The notes under the pieces are model-generated. The model ran no database searches. It was not told where the DNA came from and saw nothing but the letters and a program-made list of their open reading frames with translations. A program made the translations under genes and the position numbers. From NCBI GenBank assembly GCA_017499595.2, contig CM039007.1, positions 1,302,001 to 1,366,000 of the forward strand: a DNA stretch of 64,000 nucleotides, given 5' to 3'. Below, piece by piece: positions 51,747 to 64,000 of this stretch (position 1 is its first letter; each line of letters begins with the position of its first letter). Origin of the DNA: Psilocybe cubensis. Taxonomy: Eukaryota.

Positions 51747-54639
51747 TCAACAGGTGTCTATCAACCTATTTTTTGGCCACGGCTCTTGCACATCTGCCCA
51801 GTCAGTAAGGTTGGCGTTTGTATACGCTCGTTGGAAGCTATGCAAAAGCAGATTTAGGTACTGAGGAGCGATTGTAGTTCTACCATAAACCACTCACGTT
51901 TCAATGTACTTCGCTGTGGGGAAGTCTTTGGGGTCACATCCGACGTTCAATGAATCGGCTGGCTGGTACACTCTGATATAATCGATACTCATGGTGGCAG
52001 GGAATATCAGGTTATCAAAGTCGACTGTCCCAAACCCAAGGGAGAGACCAAGATTGGCAATGATGTACTAGTTTTGTAAGAACAAGATAAATATCCTCCG
52101 ACAAACGATCACAGTGATGATGACAAACCATTGGCTCTGAAGAGATCGGACGTTGGCTGATCTCGCTCTCCGTGTTTGCACCCATCGCAGGTCCTTTGAG
52201 CGTCCAGGATAGCTGTCCAGAACTGACCCAAGTGATGTACCCGTCGTCAAACCTGCAGCAGGATGATTTAAAAAAACAAACCTATTTATAATCATGTGTT
52301 CCAGAAAGACGCACCCAGGTTTGTACTCGAAACCATACACTGATGAACATTGAGACCCAAGTTCGTAACATTCTTGGCTTGTCGTTGCTAATCCACTTGT
52401 AGTTTGCTGGAAAGCTCCTGCGGTACAAACGGATTGAACATGAAAACATAGGTTCAAATGGTATCGCTTGACAAACCTCCGATGAAGGTATTCTTGATGG
52501 TGTCGACGTTCTGAATAATTATGTTGTCTGTGGAATTGCTCACGATATATCCAGCCTAAAACAGACACGGAATGTACGATTTGGGATATTGAAATAAAAT
52601 TCTGGTCAATTCCGCTCACGTCAAATGGAGCCCATTGTGCAGACAAAGATGCCTGAAAGAATTTCTGCTCAACACCAGACTAGAGTAAAGCTTCTGATAC
52701 ACGCGCACCTGACCGACACCATTATTGACTATAGCTTCCAGTACATCGATTTCGGGAGAGGAGCGACCAACAAAAGTGCCGTCTGGCCGAATGGGTCCAG
52801 GGTGAGCCTCTCCAGGACACGTACAAGCAGCTTTCGAGCACATGTAAGATATTGTACTTAGATAGAGTGTATGAAATGCTCCTACAGAGTTTTTGTCCAG
52901 GTAGCAAAGACTAATTAAACGATTATTCCCTATCTCGTGAAATGATAGTATACCAAGTACACACCAATTGTCCGTTGTAGTTTGGATCTCCGCCAATAAT
53001 AGCTGCAGCTGGTGTTGTTATGTCAGGTGAGGAGGAAAGAGATGGTGGGTACGTCTGATTTGCAAGAGTGCCGACATCGCAGGAGTCGTAAGTGTAAGGC
53101 CACTGAAAATTAAAAACCCATTTTAGACAAGAGAATGTGCGAGTATTTGGCCCGAAACCTACTACTCCGTCTAAACTGCCTCCGAACCCTGCCCGGCCTA
53201 CAGTTAGGGGTTAGAACTGAATGTTTCCGGTATAGCACGGGAGGTCGGATACCTAGATTTCCCATAGTCCATCTGCTCACGTCAAAAAAGTGAATATGAA
53301 GCACGTCAAATTACTTACAGTGCAGGCCAAAGACCGCTAGACAGCCGACAGCTTAGCTTGTGAAATAGAATGCAAGGAAAATCAAAAGAGTTACCTGACA
53401 TTGTTTGATCCAGGAAGAATAATTCCAGCTTGTAGCTTAATAAGTAAACCTGTGTGAGTGAAAATAATTAATAGAAATACCTTCAATAATGCCTCCAGTG
53501 AAACAGAACTTATTCCTAAATCACGCTGTCAGACGCCAACTCACCATGACATAGACAAGAGCACCACGCACCATGATTGGATCTTTTAGTTCCATAGTAT
53601 GAGTATACATGAATGAAAGAATGCTATAGCGCGTACCATGCCCGACCGATATTGTAGGTTGTGATTGTCAGCGATGTCGTCGACTTTATCGATTCTCAGT
53701 CGAAGGTACCCATCGGATGTTGTGGCTGATGAGATATCAGCCAAAATGAGTAAATGCAGTATATTGGACTGACCTTGCATAGGATCATACCATTCAAGGT
53801 CGACCTAAGGCTGACGTCAACAAGAAATAGAACATATTAGAGAAAGAGGACTCACAGTTCCCCAATAATGAAGGTCAACTGCTTCCCAATAGGGGTCGTC
53901 GCCTGGGTAAAAGGTTCGTCCATCGGTATTGAACTCGTCAGAAAACACCAAAACCATGTCTTGTGTGGGGTCCTGGTATGAAGGCCTCGTATACGCTTCT
54001 CTAGGGGTGTCTTTGTCGATGAGACCCCCGTTACTAGAGATCTCAGGGACCTGCCCTGATGCGTTGATCCCTCCAAGGTTGAAACCACCCTGGAAAGATT
54101 GACTCTGGCGTAAATAATGCGAAACTACTGGATAAGCAACACTGGGTGTTCAAAAAGTTGGTTTTATAAGCAAAAAATTATAATTATATATCAAAATATA
54201 CGCACAAAAGAGCGAAGCATCCGATCAAAAGAAGCATGAGACAGCCAATGTTAACGAGAGCCCTCATGGTCAGAATCTTCGAAGGCTCCAACTGGGCTCT
54301 CGGGTCGTGTAGATCATCGTCGGCTTCTCTAGAGTAAAGGGAGATCCCCCACTCCTCAGGAGACGGTCCTAGTGAGTACTGAACGAACTGTTAACCTCCT
54401 GGCTTGGTTGATCTAATATATGCCGCCTTTTTACCTTCTCTGCCATGGTGCCCTGATATAAAAATGAGGACTTGCGCCAATAAAGAAGACTTAAAACTTA
54501 CGTGCAAACTTCCATGCAGGGAACTTCTCTTCGACTTCATTGATGGGCCTCTTCCTAGCCCTTGCTCGACTGGTGAGATTAGATTTGACCTGGAAGCCGT
54601 TGACGATGCTGTAAGTCTGCGCCCGTTGTACAAAGACAT
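51747..54639 (-). CDS. GH16 beta-1,6-glucan synthesis-associated protein (KRE6/SKN1 family)
   Basis: EADDDLHDP, LVFSDEFNTDGRTFYPGDDPYWEAVD, WTMGNLG-RAG, GRSSPEIDVLEA, MYIIANLG, GCDPKDFPTAKYI, WPKNRLIDTC*. Confidence 0.93.
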
Positions 54640-57434
54640 ATTGAAGAAACAAAAAAATGAATGTGGATAAAATACAGGTTAAAACGAAGAAAAGCAAGAA
54701 AATGACGACGTCCAGCGAAACAGTCAGACAAGGGAGGCGACAAGAGCAGGTGAAGGAAGGAACAGCAGTGAGATGATCGAGGCTAAAATTAACTACATTC
54801 CCATGGTGCTAATTGGAGACGTAGATCATGATATCAATCATTTCTGTTGTTACGCCTGTTCAACTGGGTATAGCAATGAACACCACTGCAAGGAAGACCT
54901 CAGAAATGCTGGCAAAAGAGACTGCAGCTACTATACCTCACACTCGATTCCCGCGAAACTTCATGCACTAGTGACTAGAACATGTAATAATCTCTCCATG
55001 TTTTAATTGAATATCTAAAAGTACCATCGATCTATATTTACCGGACGTTTACCTGACTCTGACAATCAATCAAATTGACTACACAACTATCAAAGGACTA
55101 TCCAAAATACCTTGAATGTCTCCTGATGAATATACGTGTGTAATTGGATTGAACCTTTAGTTCGAGCTTGTACTTTTTATTGACTTGGTCAAACCTCAAC
55201 ACAGTTGGTTAGTCTGCCACTTGATACCCTATTCAAGTTACTTACCTACGTTGCATCATTGGAGTGGTCGTGTTCTAAGAGCTCCCAGTGATACTCCACC
55301 TAGATTCAATTAAGGCTGGCAGTGGCGACCGGAAATGTTGCAGAAGCCAGAGATAACAACTTGAATTGTGCCGTGGCCTTGCCATTAAGAGGGCCTAAGC
55401 GCTAGCTTTAGATGCTGGAGCACGCAGAAGAACTGAAATATAATAGAGTCAAAATCGGAGAGTCGGAAGTCAATTACTTAGTAGTCGAGTGGAGTATCAT
55501 AATACTACTACGAATGTGCGTGCATTACTCATCTGGTTTCATGAACATGGCCTACTGATGCGGCTTATAGATTCCTTTTGGCGGTATTGTAAGTAAGTAG
55601 CATTCATAAAGATGGCCATACATGTTCAAGCCTCAGGACTCCCCATCGGTCACAAGCACAGCTATTAAATATGAAATATGACAATACAATTTTTATTTTG
55701 CGACTTTTTTGATGCCCATGCTACTGCAGCCGCATGATCCCACTCAATGCCCACAGTGGGTAAGTGGGCAGGTCTTGTCAGTGAACTTGAAAATAACAGG
55801 CTTCCGGTCGGCGAAGTTAACATAGGTCCGAAAGACATGCCAAGGAAGCATGATATGCCACCCTCGGTCGCTAGAATGCTACTATAAATAAATACAACTC
55901 ACCAAGAAACGGATCTATATTAAGCAAATTGCTGAGGCGCAAAAGAGTAGAAAAAGAGATCCATTTTGTCCTGAGGCTGACTTGGCGAGTTGGCACCTGA
56001 TACACGTGATTGTTAACCGTGTTTACTTGTGGGAATTCTCGTGGCTCCGTCTTTCTTTCAACAACCACATCCTCCAACAGTCGTTGCTCGATTCCCCTTC
56101 AACCTCGTCAATTAAATGGCTCCCATTCACCTGGTGCTATCTTCAAATGATTGACTGATCACGGTCCAAAGAAGGAGACCCTTGCGCCCTTGGACAGGAA
56201 CACGTTTTCGAAAGCCGTAGACACACCCACATACCCGGTGACCGGTTCTCATCCAAACTTTTGAAATGGCTGAGAAAAATCGGTAATTTGGAGGGTAGAA
56301 ACACCCAATTCCGGCAGTAGAACTTGCCTAACGTTTCAACTGATCAGTGGTGTGTGTCTCTTTCAACGCATAAAATGCTCCATTTTATCGGTATCCGCCC
56401 ACGCTCAGACCCAATATCACGGTTTCTATTGCTTTCGTGCGAGCATCTTTTCTTATATGGTCCCGTAATTAATTTTTTTTCTCTCCTGCCAGGACCCGGT
56501 TCTGAGCTTATGTGCTTTGTTGATAGCCTTCACGCGTGGCAGGCGTCTCTTTTGCTGCGCTTCGCTTCGCCTCCGAAGTCAGTTATAGCTCAAAGCTCGA
56601 TATCTGCGAGAAGGTACTAGAATTGCTCATCGATTGGCTCTACTTTCTTCTCTTTCCCTCATGTGGAAGCTCCCGGACCCAGCGTTCTCGAATTTGAGGA
56701 TAGGATTTCCGACGCGTTATAAAGACTCTGTTATTACTTCAAGCCTCGATGGTGACCAAGATGGATATAACATTACCTATTTAATGGCGCCTTGGACGTC
56801 GTTCTTTGTCTATTTTTATCTCTTTCGACGCTTGGCGCTGTAACACTTAAAATAAATGCGCCGGGCGGAATAAGGCCATGGGAATCACTTTGTCATGTCT
56901 CCTACAAAGGTCAATCTTTCCAAACCGCAGCCTCCGCAGTTCACTTGGAATTTCTTAGCCTGTCATTTTCTACTGGCGACATTTGGTGGATTTGTTGCGA
57001 TCTCCTATCCTCTTGATCGCGTGGAATGGTGCCAAGGCACAAGTTTGCAGACAACTTTCTGTGTCGTTTCTGGGTGTTTATACTTCTCAGAAACCTCCTG
57101 TCCCGTCCGATGCATTCACATTGTCGACTCTTGTGTACCTTCAGATTACAAAACTTCCTAGGCTGTCATACTCGGACCATGGTTATCTATTATATGAAAT
57201 TGCACACTGCGGATGACTCTTGGAATACGGGGTTTTCCTCTTATTCACAGTGTTTCCTCGTCTTTGTCGCCTTGGCGAGCTATTTACAACTTTTCTTTTT
57301 CAAAGCTGTGGGCGCAACATGGAGTAGGCACCCCTGATGCCAAGATCAATCGTTCTTTCCTCAACATTCGGTGAGCAGTCAAATGGAGCGCTCTGAAAAT
57401 ACCTCAGAGTATCTCACCGCATTCAACAATGAGG

Positions 57435-57440
57435 TATAAA
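57435..57440 (+). promoter_or_regulatory. TATA box of the repeat-peptide precursor gene
   Basis: TATAAA about 100 bp upstream of ATG 57533, followed by a pyrimidine-rich stretch. Confidence 0.55.
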
Positions 57441-57532
57441 GAGCCTCGTTTTTTCTCCATGATTTCTTCAGCCTCATACACTTGAACTCGAAGCTTTACA
57501 AACCGCGCTAACAACTCAAAGCCTATTCCAAC

Positions 57533-59484
57533 ATGCACTTCAACAAGAGCTTTGTTGCTTTCATTTTTGCCGCTATCTTGTCGGCTCATGCCATTCCGGT
57601 GCGGATAGTTGTCTTTTCCTTTGCAAATAAACCCTTACTGATTGGTAAACCTTTGTAAATCAGGTTGTACCAGCTGGTGCAGAGTTGGTTTCCCGCAATG
57701 CAGTCGTAGCGAGCAAGCCAATTCAATTTGAGGCTCGCCGCCATGGTGATTCGCATGAACGCGGACGTACCCCAAACAGTCGTGGCCTGGAGGCACGCCG
57801 CCACGGCGATTCTCGTCATAGCACACCTAACAGCCGTGGCTTAGAGGCCCGCCGCCACGGTGATTCTCGCCACAGCACTCCCAACAGCCGTGGTCTCGAG
57901 GCCCGCCGCCACGGTGACTCTCGTCAGCGCACCCCTAACAGCCGTGGCCTTGAGGCTCGCCGCCACGGTGACTCGCACGAACGCGGCCGCACTCCCAATA
58001 GCCGCGGTCTTGAGGCCCGCCGTCACGGAGATTCTCGTCAACGAACCCCCAACAGCCGCGGCCTTGAGGCTCGCCGCCACGGTGACTCGCACGAGCGTGG
58101 TCGCACCCCTAACAGCCGTGGCTTAGAGGCCCGCCGCCACGGCGACTCTCGTCAGCGCACTCCCAACAGCCGTGGTCTTGAGGCCCGCCGCCACGGCGAT
58201 TCTCGTCAACGCACTCCCAACAGCCGTGGTCTTGAGGCTCGCCGCCACGGTGACTCGCACGAGCGTGGTCGCACCCCCAACAGCCGTGGTCTCGAGGCCC
58301 GCCGCCACGGTGACTCTCGTCAGCGCACCCCTAACAGCCGTGGCCTTGAGGCTCGCCGCCACGGTGACTCGCACGAACGCGGCCGCACTCCCAATAGCCG
58401 CGGTCTTGAGGCCCGCCGTCACGGAGATTCTCGTCAACGAACCCCCAACAGCCGTGGCCTTGAGGCTCGCCGCCACGGTGACTCGCACGAACGCGGCCGC
58501 ACCCCCAACAGCCGTGGTCTCGAGGCCCGCCGCCACGGCGATTCTCGTCAGCGAACCCCCAACAGTCGTGGCTTGGAAGCTCGCCGCCACGGAGACTCTC
58601 GTCAGCGCACTCCCAACAGCCGTGGTCTTGAGGCCCGCCGCCACGGCGATTCTCGTCAACGCACTCCCAACAGCCGTGGTCTTGAGGCTCGCCGCCACGG
58701 TGACTCGCACGAGCGTGGTCGCACCCCCAACAGCCGTGGTCTCGAGGCCCGCCGCCACGGCGATTCTCGTCAGCGAACCCCCAACAGTCGTGGCTTGGAA
58801 GCTCGCCGCCACGGAGACTCTCGTCAACGCACTCCCAACAGCCGTGGTCTTGAGGCCCGCCGCCACGGAGACTCTCGTCAACGCACTCCCAACAGCCGTG
58901 GTCTTGAGGCCCGCCGCCACGGCGATTCTCGTCAGCGAACCCCCAACAGTCGTGGCTTAGAAGCTCGCCGCCACGGTGACTCGCACGAACGTGGACGTAC
59001 CCCAAACAGCCGACGTGGCTTGGAAGCCCGCCGCCACGGTGATTCTCGTCAACGCACCCCCAACAGCCGACGTGGTCTCGAGGCTCGCCGCCACGGTGAC
59101 TCTCATGAGCGTGGACGTACCCCCAACAGCCGACGTGGTCTCGAGGCTCGCCGCCACGGTGACTCTCATGAGCGTGGACGTACCCCAAACAGCCGACGTG
59201 GTCTCGAGGCTCGCCGCCACGGTGACTCGCATGAGCGTGGTCGCACCCCAAACAGCCGTGGTCTTGAGGCCCGCCGCCACGGAGACTCTCGTCAACGCAC
59301 CCCAAACAGCCGTGGACTCGAAGCCCGCCGCCACGGTGACTCTCATGAGCGTGGACGCACCCCAAACAGCCGACGTGGCTTGGAAGCTCGCCGCCACGGT
59401 GATTCTCGTCAACGCACTCCCAACAGCCGTGGCTTGGAGGCTCGTCGACACAACTCTGGCTCTCGTCACAGGCGATCCATCTAA
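57533..59484 (+). CDS. Secreted KEX2-processed repeat protein (KEP)-type peptide precursor, 628 aa
   Basis: Exon 1 (57533-57598) MHFNKSFVAFIFAAILSAHAIP is a signal peptide. Phase-0 GT-AG intron 57599-57663. Exon 2 VVPAGAELVSR... is in frame with the 599-aa ORF holding 30 LEARR-delimited repeats. Confidence 0.9.
57742..59448 (+). repeat. Coding tandem array of 30 units of 54-63 bp
   Basis: 12x HGDSHERGRTPNS, 16x HGDSRQRTPNS, 2x HGDSRHSTPNS, each followed by R(R)GLEARR. Unit lengths plus flanks sum to the 599-aa ORF. Confidence 0.97.
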
Positions 59485-59945
59485 TTTTACCGGACACCGC
59501 ATCTTCATCGGCCATCTCGTCTCCCCAGGTTTCTTGTTTTCTGTCTTCTCATCTCTCCTCGTCTTTTTAAAATTTGATATGAACGCTCTTCATGAACTCA
59601 CAATCGTCCAATAAATCGCTACTTTCTCAAGTAGTTGTGCCTCTGGTTTCGTAAAATTGTCGTACAAAATGTATTGTCGGATATTATCTGAAACGAATTG
59701 ATGTGTTGTTCTGCTGCCTATTACTCTGTATTCCATCCTTGTTTAAACGGTCTTGGAGCGAACGACCTGAGGGGTTGTCGTGGACTCAGTGACCTAGCCA
59801 CATATGAAACTAAGTCAAGTTATCGTTTTCATATCATAACCTAGAGATTTCGATATTCCATTACAAAGCCACATTCGTTCGCTATTTAGGACAAAACCCT
59901 GTTCCGCGACGATTCAAGAATACTTTAAACTATTCGTTTCCCGCC

Positions 59946-62725
59946 TTAAGTATACTTTCGATAAAATTTGCTAGCTATTCGAGGAGATTTACCTTTCAGG
60001 TCGCCGTCCTTGATTAGTGCCGCCCCTAAAACAAATTAACATGATGTCAATTACAACTGAAGGTCAGATTTTAACGGGTGTTCTCACCTTTTTCTCCGAC
60101 GAAGTATGCGGTAGCTTTTATAAGGATGTATAAGCACGTAACCTCAAAACTTGAAAATTGATGATCCTCACCTTGAGTGTGCGCTGCAATCTGAAGAGGA
60201 AGCACGGATAGATCAACTACACGTAGGTTTTTGGTCCCATACACCTAAATATAACTGTTTAGAACTAGCACTATAAACGAGATAAATTGTATGCACCTTG
60301 AGGTTGTAATCTACCACGCCTTCTTTCTCTCGAGGAAGCATCGAGCAACTCCCGGTTGTGTCTGTAAGTTGTTAGACGCAACTGAAGAGATTCAGGGGAA
60401 AGCACAAGCGGGAACTCACGCCAGATGGTCGCGATGCAGTTTTTCACATATTCTAGAAAGAATTTTGATATCAGGAGGCCAAGTACCAGTGTATTCCCAA
60501 GTCAAGTTTTTACCTTTGATTTCATTGTCTGTCTTGAGGTGTTCACCGGGGTCGGTCTCACGAATAATGCCTGATTTCCATGGCTCTGTATCAGCAAGGC
60601 TCTTGATAAACTTCACATGCTGTGCAAGAACTTCCAGATCTTAAATACAAGATTGATACGTCAGCTTTCAACCAAATTATACCCCAGTCTTACCGGTTTC
60701 GCTTTCAAGGTAGTGTGGGTCAATCGTTGGGTTGAGGAGAGGGTCACTGCTTTGGATATGCTGCGTTGTTTATTCATTACGATAAATCATTTACTAAAGA
60801 CATTGAAAAGAACGCACGATAGTCCCTCTAGACATTGGGTGGTTCAAAATTCCTACCAAGGTAGTGTATAGCTTTCCCGGTTCAGGAGCAACTTCGAAAT
60901 ATTCAGTGCCGCAAGCCAACTTTGCCACAGTAAAAGCACCTACCAGCCCTGGAAGCAAAAAAGGGCATAACGACAATTTCGCAATCTGGAACTTTCTCAT
61001 CTTTGAGGATATCTAACTGAATGTCCAGTTGCTCTTTGATGCCAGGCCTAAGCGTTCCGCTCTTTTCGAGAGCTTTGACTTCCTCTTCAGCTTGTGAGAT
61101 AATTCTCAAGGCTTCGGAGCGATCAATCGCCGTCAATGGGAAGTACGCAAACGAGGTCAGTCCTTTGCGGAATGCGCCTTTCCCTAAAGCACTGTAAAAT
61201 GAATTCTCGAAGGTCAGGCAACATTTTTGATATGAAATTAAGTAGACATTTAACTGGAGTTCAATTTGCTTGGCTGCGTACTCTGGGTCTCTGAGGAAGT
61301 CCAACGTTTCGTGGGGTATCTTTGGATCGAGTTCGAAGGTAACAGGACAGCCGTAATGTTCCTGAACATTCTCACCGACACCGGGGAGGCTAATCTCTAC
61401 CTTAATTCCCAACGGTTCCAATATATCTGGATTTCCGATGCCAGACAGCTCTAGGATCTGTGGAGACTTGATGGATCTATTCAAAAGTAAGCATAATATT
61501 AACATTCTTGAAAACCTACTAAACGTTACCCGGCGCTTAGGATCACCTCTTTGTCGACCATAACTTTGTGTTTAGTTCCATCATGTATGAACTCTACTCC
61601 ATTAACAATACGATCATCATTTCCTTCACTCTCATTGAGAAGCACTTTAGAGACATAAGCTCCTGTCAATACCTAAAAGGAAATATGAGTGTGACTCGCT
61701 CTGTAGTTTTAATGATTACCAAAAATTGCCTACGCTGAGGTTCTCCCTCTTCAAATTGGGAACGAGATACGTATTGGCAGAGTATGAACGGGTCCAAGTT
61801 CTTGGATCGATACTAGAGGATGCAATCCAGGTCCCGGTCATCTTGGTTGATCTATATAAATGTCTGGATTTGAAAGAAAGATTATTCAAGCTTACATCGC
61901 CATCGTAAGGATCGTCAACCTCTTTTAGCCCTTTATTCACCATTGTCTCCTGGAAAAGCTCATCCAAAGTGTGCACACTATGAGATATAGCTACTTGAAT
62001 TGGACCGGTTGTGCCTCGATGCTCGACAATGAATTTGTGTGGATACAAATCAGTCTGCTCCTTAGTCGGCGGATGGAAGCTGGAAGTTGCCATCTAAACG
62101 AAAGACGAGGTTGAAACCTGATGTAGTGATAACTCACGTCTCGGATCTCTTAGAGTATTTCTCGTATTCAGCCCAGTTCCATCCTCGATTTCCTAGCTTC
62201 TCGTATGCATTAATATCCTCCGCGGGTGGTTTTATCCATGCAAAAAAGTTCATGCCAGAACTGCCACCTGTGTTTCAAATTTTCAGTCGGAGATTTAATC
62301 ACAGGTCTTGTCACACCGTTTACTTACCTAAACCTTTTCCTCTTTGCCACATGTGCTCAATATTATTGGCGTGCTTCTGCTTTACTACAGGAAATGCCCA
62401 GTCATACTGTATCGGAATTCGTGAGTGCCTTCTAAAAAGGTCGTCCTAGTTAACAGCACTTACCTTAGGATTTCCGAAGGTCCTCAAAAATTGGGCTGGA
62501 ACTTCAATCAAGGGATCATTGAGATTTTCCTCTCCCGCTTCTAGTACGAGGACCTTTACGGAGGGATCTTCTGAGAGACGAGCTGCAACAGTGAGTCCGG
62601 CAGTCTATGTTGAAGGTGTGAGTAATTTGCCGCCCATAAGTTAAACGAGGTAAACGTACTCCTCCTCCTATCACGACGTAATCAAAAGGACTCTTGACTG
62701 TCTCTTCGACGTTGACGATTGGCAT
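59946..62725 (-). CDS. GMC oxidoreductase (CAZy AA3), no signal peptide
   Basis: FDYVVIGGG-TAGL, VLVLEAG, RGKG-LGGSSGMNF, RSYSA, SPQILELSGIG, LPGVGENVQEH, TIWH-TTGSCSMLP, VYGTKNLRVVDLS..AAHTQ. Confidence 0.93.
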
Positions 62726-64000
62726 TATGGACTTCAAGCACAAGTTTCTAGCTGCACAGCTAAAGAAAAGTTCTGGTTTGATGCATCGTCTATCCTATCC
62801 TTGAACGTATATATATTGAAAAGATGCGCTCGAGGTCGTATTATAAAAGGGCTCTCCGGTTACTTCGGTTGAATGATGATCAATGCCCACAAGGTTGTCT
62901 TTCTTTGGATCATTAAGATCCAACGATCCTTATCGACATCTTCGAGACTCTGAACACCTTTGGTTAAGCTGCTTTTATCGCCTGGGGAAACCTAAGCAAC
63001 TGTTCGTGAGTGAATTGACTGTCTGTTCTCTGTGGTGACAGCGATGACAATTTGCTCACTGTGAATGAAACAATCAATCTATGTTTAGTTACTATAGTGT
63101 ATAATTCTCGTTCAGGGATGTGGCTGTATACACGAGTGGTTTGATGACAGTCGAGGCATAGTTTTGCGTTTTCTTTCGACATAAACCAAGGGCAGTATCG
63201 TGGCAAAGCAGTGTCGTCGTCCGATCATGTAGTTGGCGGCGGCTGCGCTAAGACATCACTGGAAGTAGCAGTAGATTCGTAGACACGGTAGGTATGCCAT
63301 TGTGGAAAGAGTGACTCTCCAGAGGGTCAACACGGATCGAAAGGTGCCGACGGAGGCGTGTGATTTTATTGCTCTAAAAGTAGAAAACAATCTAATCACC
63401 ACGGTCGGTATCATTTGTAGGTGATGACACTCAAAGCCAAGCAAGCGAAAAGTAGGCGCTGGCGCTGATTTCTGCAGTGGTTTATTGTGCGGAGGTTGAA
63501 TGAGATATGCACATGCTCTGAAGCTCCCCCAGTCACCACAGAGCTACTGTCCAGGGAATTGACACTTCCACACACTTACCTGAGTTGAACTTTTCTTATC
63601 GTTTGATTCGTTTTGGAACTAACCTGTGTGATTCACCATCATCTGATGCATCAAGCCGAGTATCTGTGTTGTATCAGCATCTCCAGGCTAGTTCCCTTCT
63701 TCGCACCTATGTATTCTTAGTCGATTCCCGATATAGCCGCCAGCTGACTTCGGAGTGAAGAACGTTTCTTCACATGGCATACAAAACATGCGGATATGCA
63801 TCAGTCAAAATCTGACAGGAGTATTTTTGGAGGTTTGATACGGCAGTAAATACCTAACGGTCTAGCCTAAGGGTGATATCTTCTCATGCTCACCAAAAAT
63901 GGCTGGTCGCAATGTTATCCTGCGCTGCGTAAGTGAAGGACAAGCAACCGCTGCATACAACTGATGTATCATTTCTTGTTTCCTGTTTTAAACGTATGTA

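Noticed and set aside
54700-57430. Short ORFs upstream of the repeat precursor as a possible tailoring enzyme
   Set aside because: No HxxHC (DUF3328) or other motif found and no coherent spliced frame; treated as divergent promoter DNA.
57742-57780. Resemblance of HGDS to RGDS integrin ligands or glucagon-family N-termini
   Set aside because: Only 3-4 residues and no true RGD; chance-level similarity.
57742-59448. Possible CRISPR-like repeat-spacer array
   Set aside because: No unique spacers and no cas genes; the context is eukaryotic and variation follows codon structure.
57841-59614. Long alternative-frame and antisense ORFs (262, 265, 394, 212 aa)
   Set aside because: By-products of a GC-rich in-frame repeat; they are broken wherever a synonymous change creates a stop, and they lack a signal exon.

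Overview
Intron-rich eukaryotic DNA (mostly 50-70 nt GT-AG introns) with a gene content typical of an Agaricomycete basidiomycete. The first ~9.5 kb is mobile DNA. It holds a Plavaka-type (CACTA-related) transposase 5' end and a divergent DUF6698-like gene, with decayed fragments of valyl-tRNA synthetase and serine hydroxymethyltransferase between them. An apparently intact 3.2-kb Tc1/mariner-IS630 element with 31-bp TIRs and TA target duplication follows. The rest is gene-dense chromosome: C2H2 protein, HET-domain protein, MAPEG, a 14-aa-repeat orphan, heme-thiolate peroxidase, two Gal80-like oxidoreductases, two DJ-1/isonitrile-hydratase-like genes, RRM protein, COQ8, OPI3, UBE2S, RTA1-like protein, SAMHD1-like HD protein, SDR, GH3, a small secreted protein missed by the ORF track, KRE6/SKN1 and a GMC oxidoreductase. 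The standout is a two-exon secreted precursor at 57533-59484. It has a signal peptide and 30 RR-delimited repeats of three His/Arg-rich cores (HGDSHERGRTPNS, HGDSRQRTPNS, HGDSRHSTPNS), the architecture of a KEX2-processed repeat protein. Family names come from motif recognition, not database searches, and exon boundaries were read by hand.
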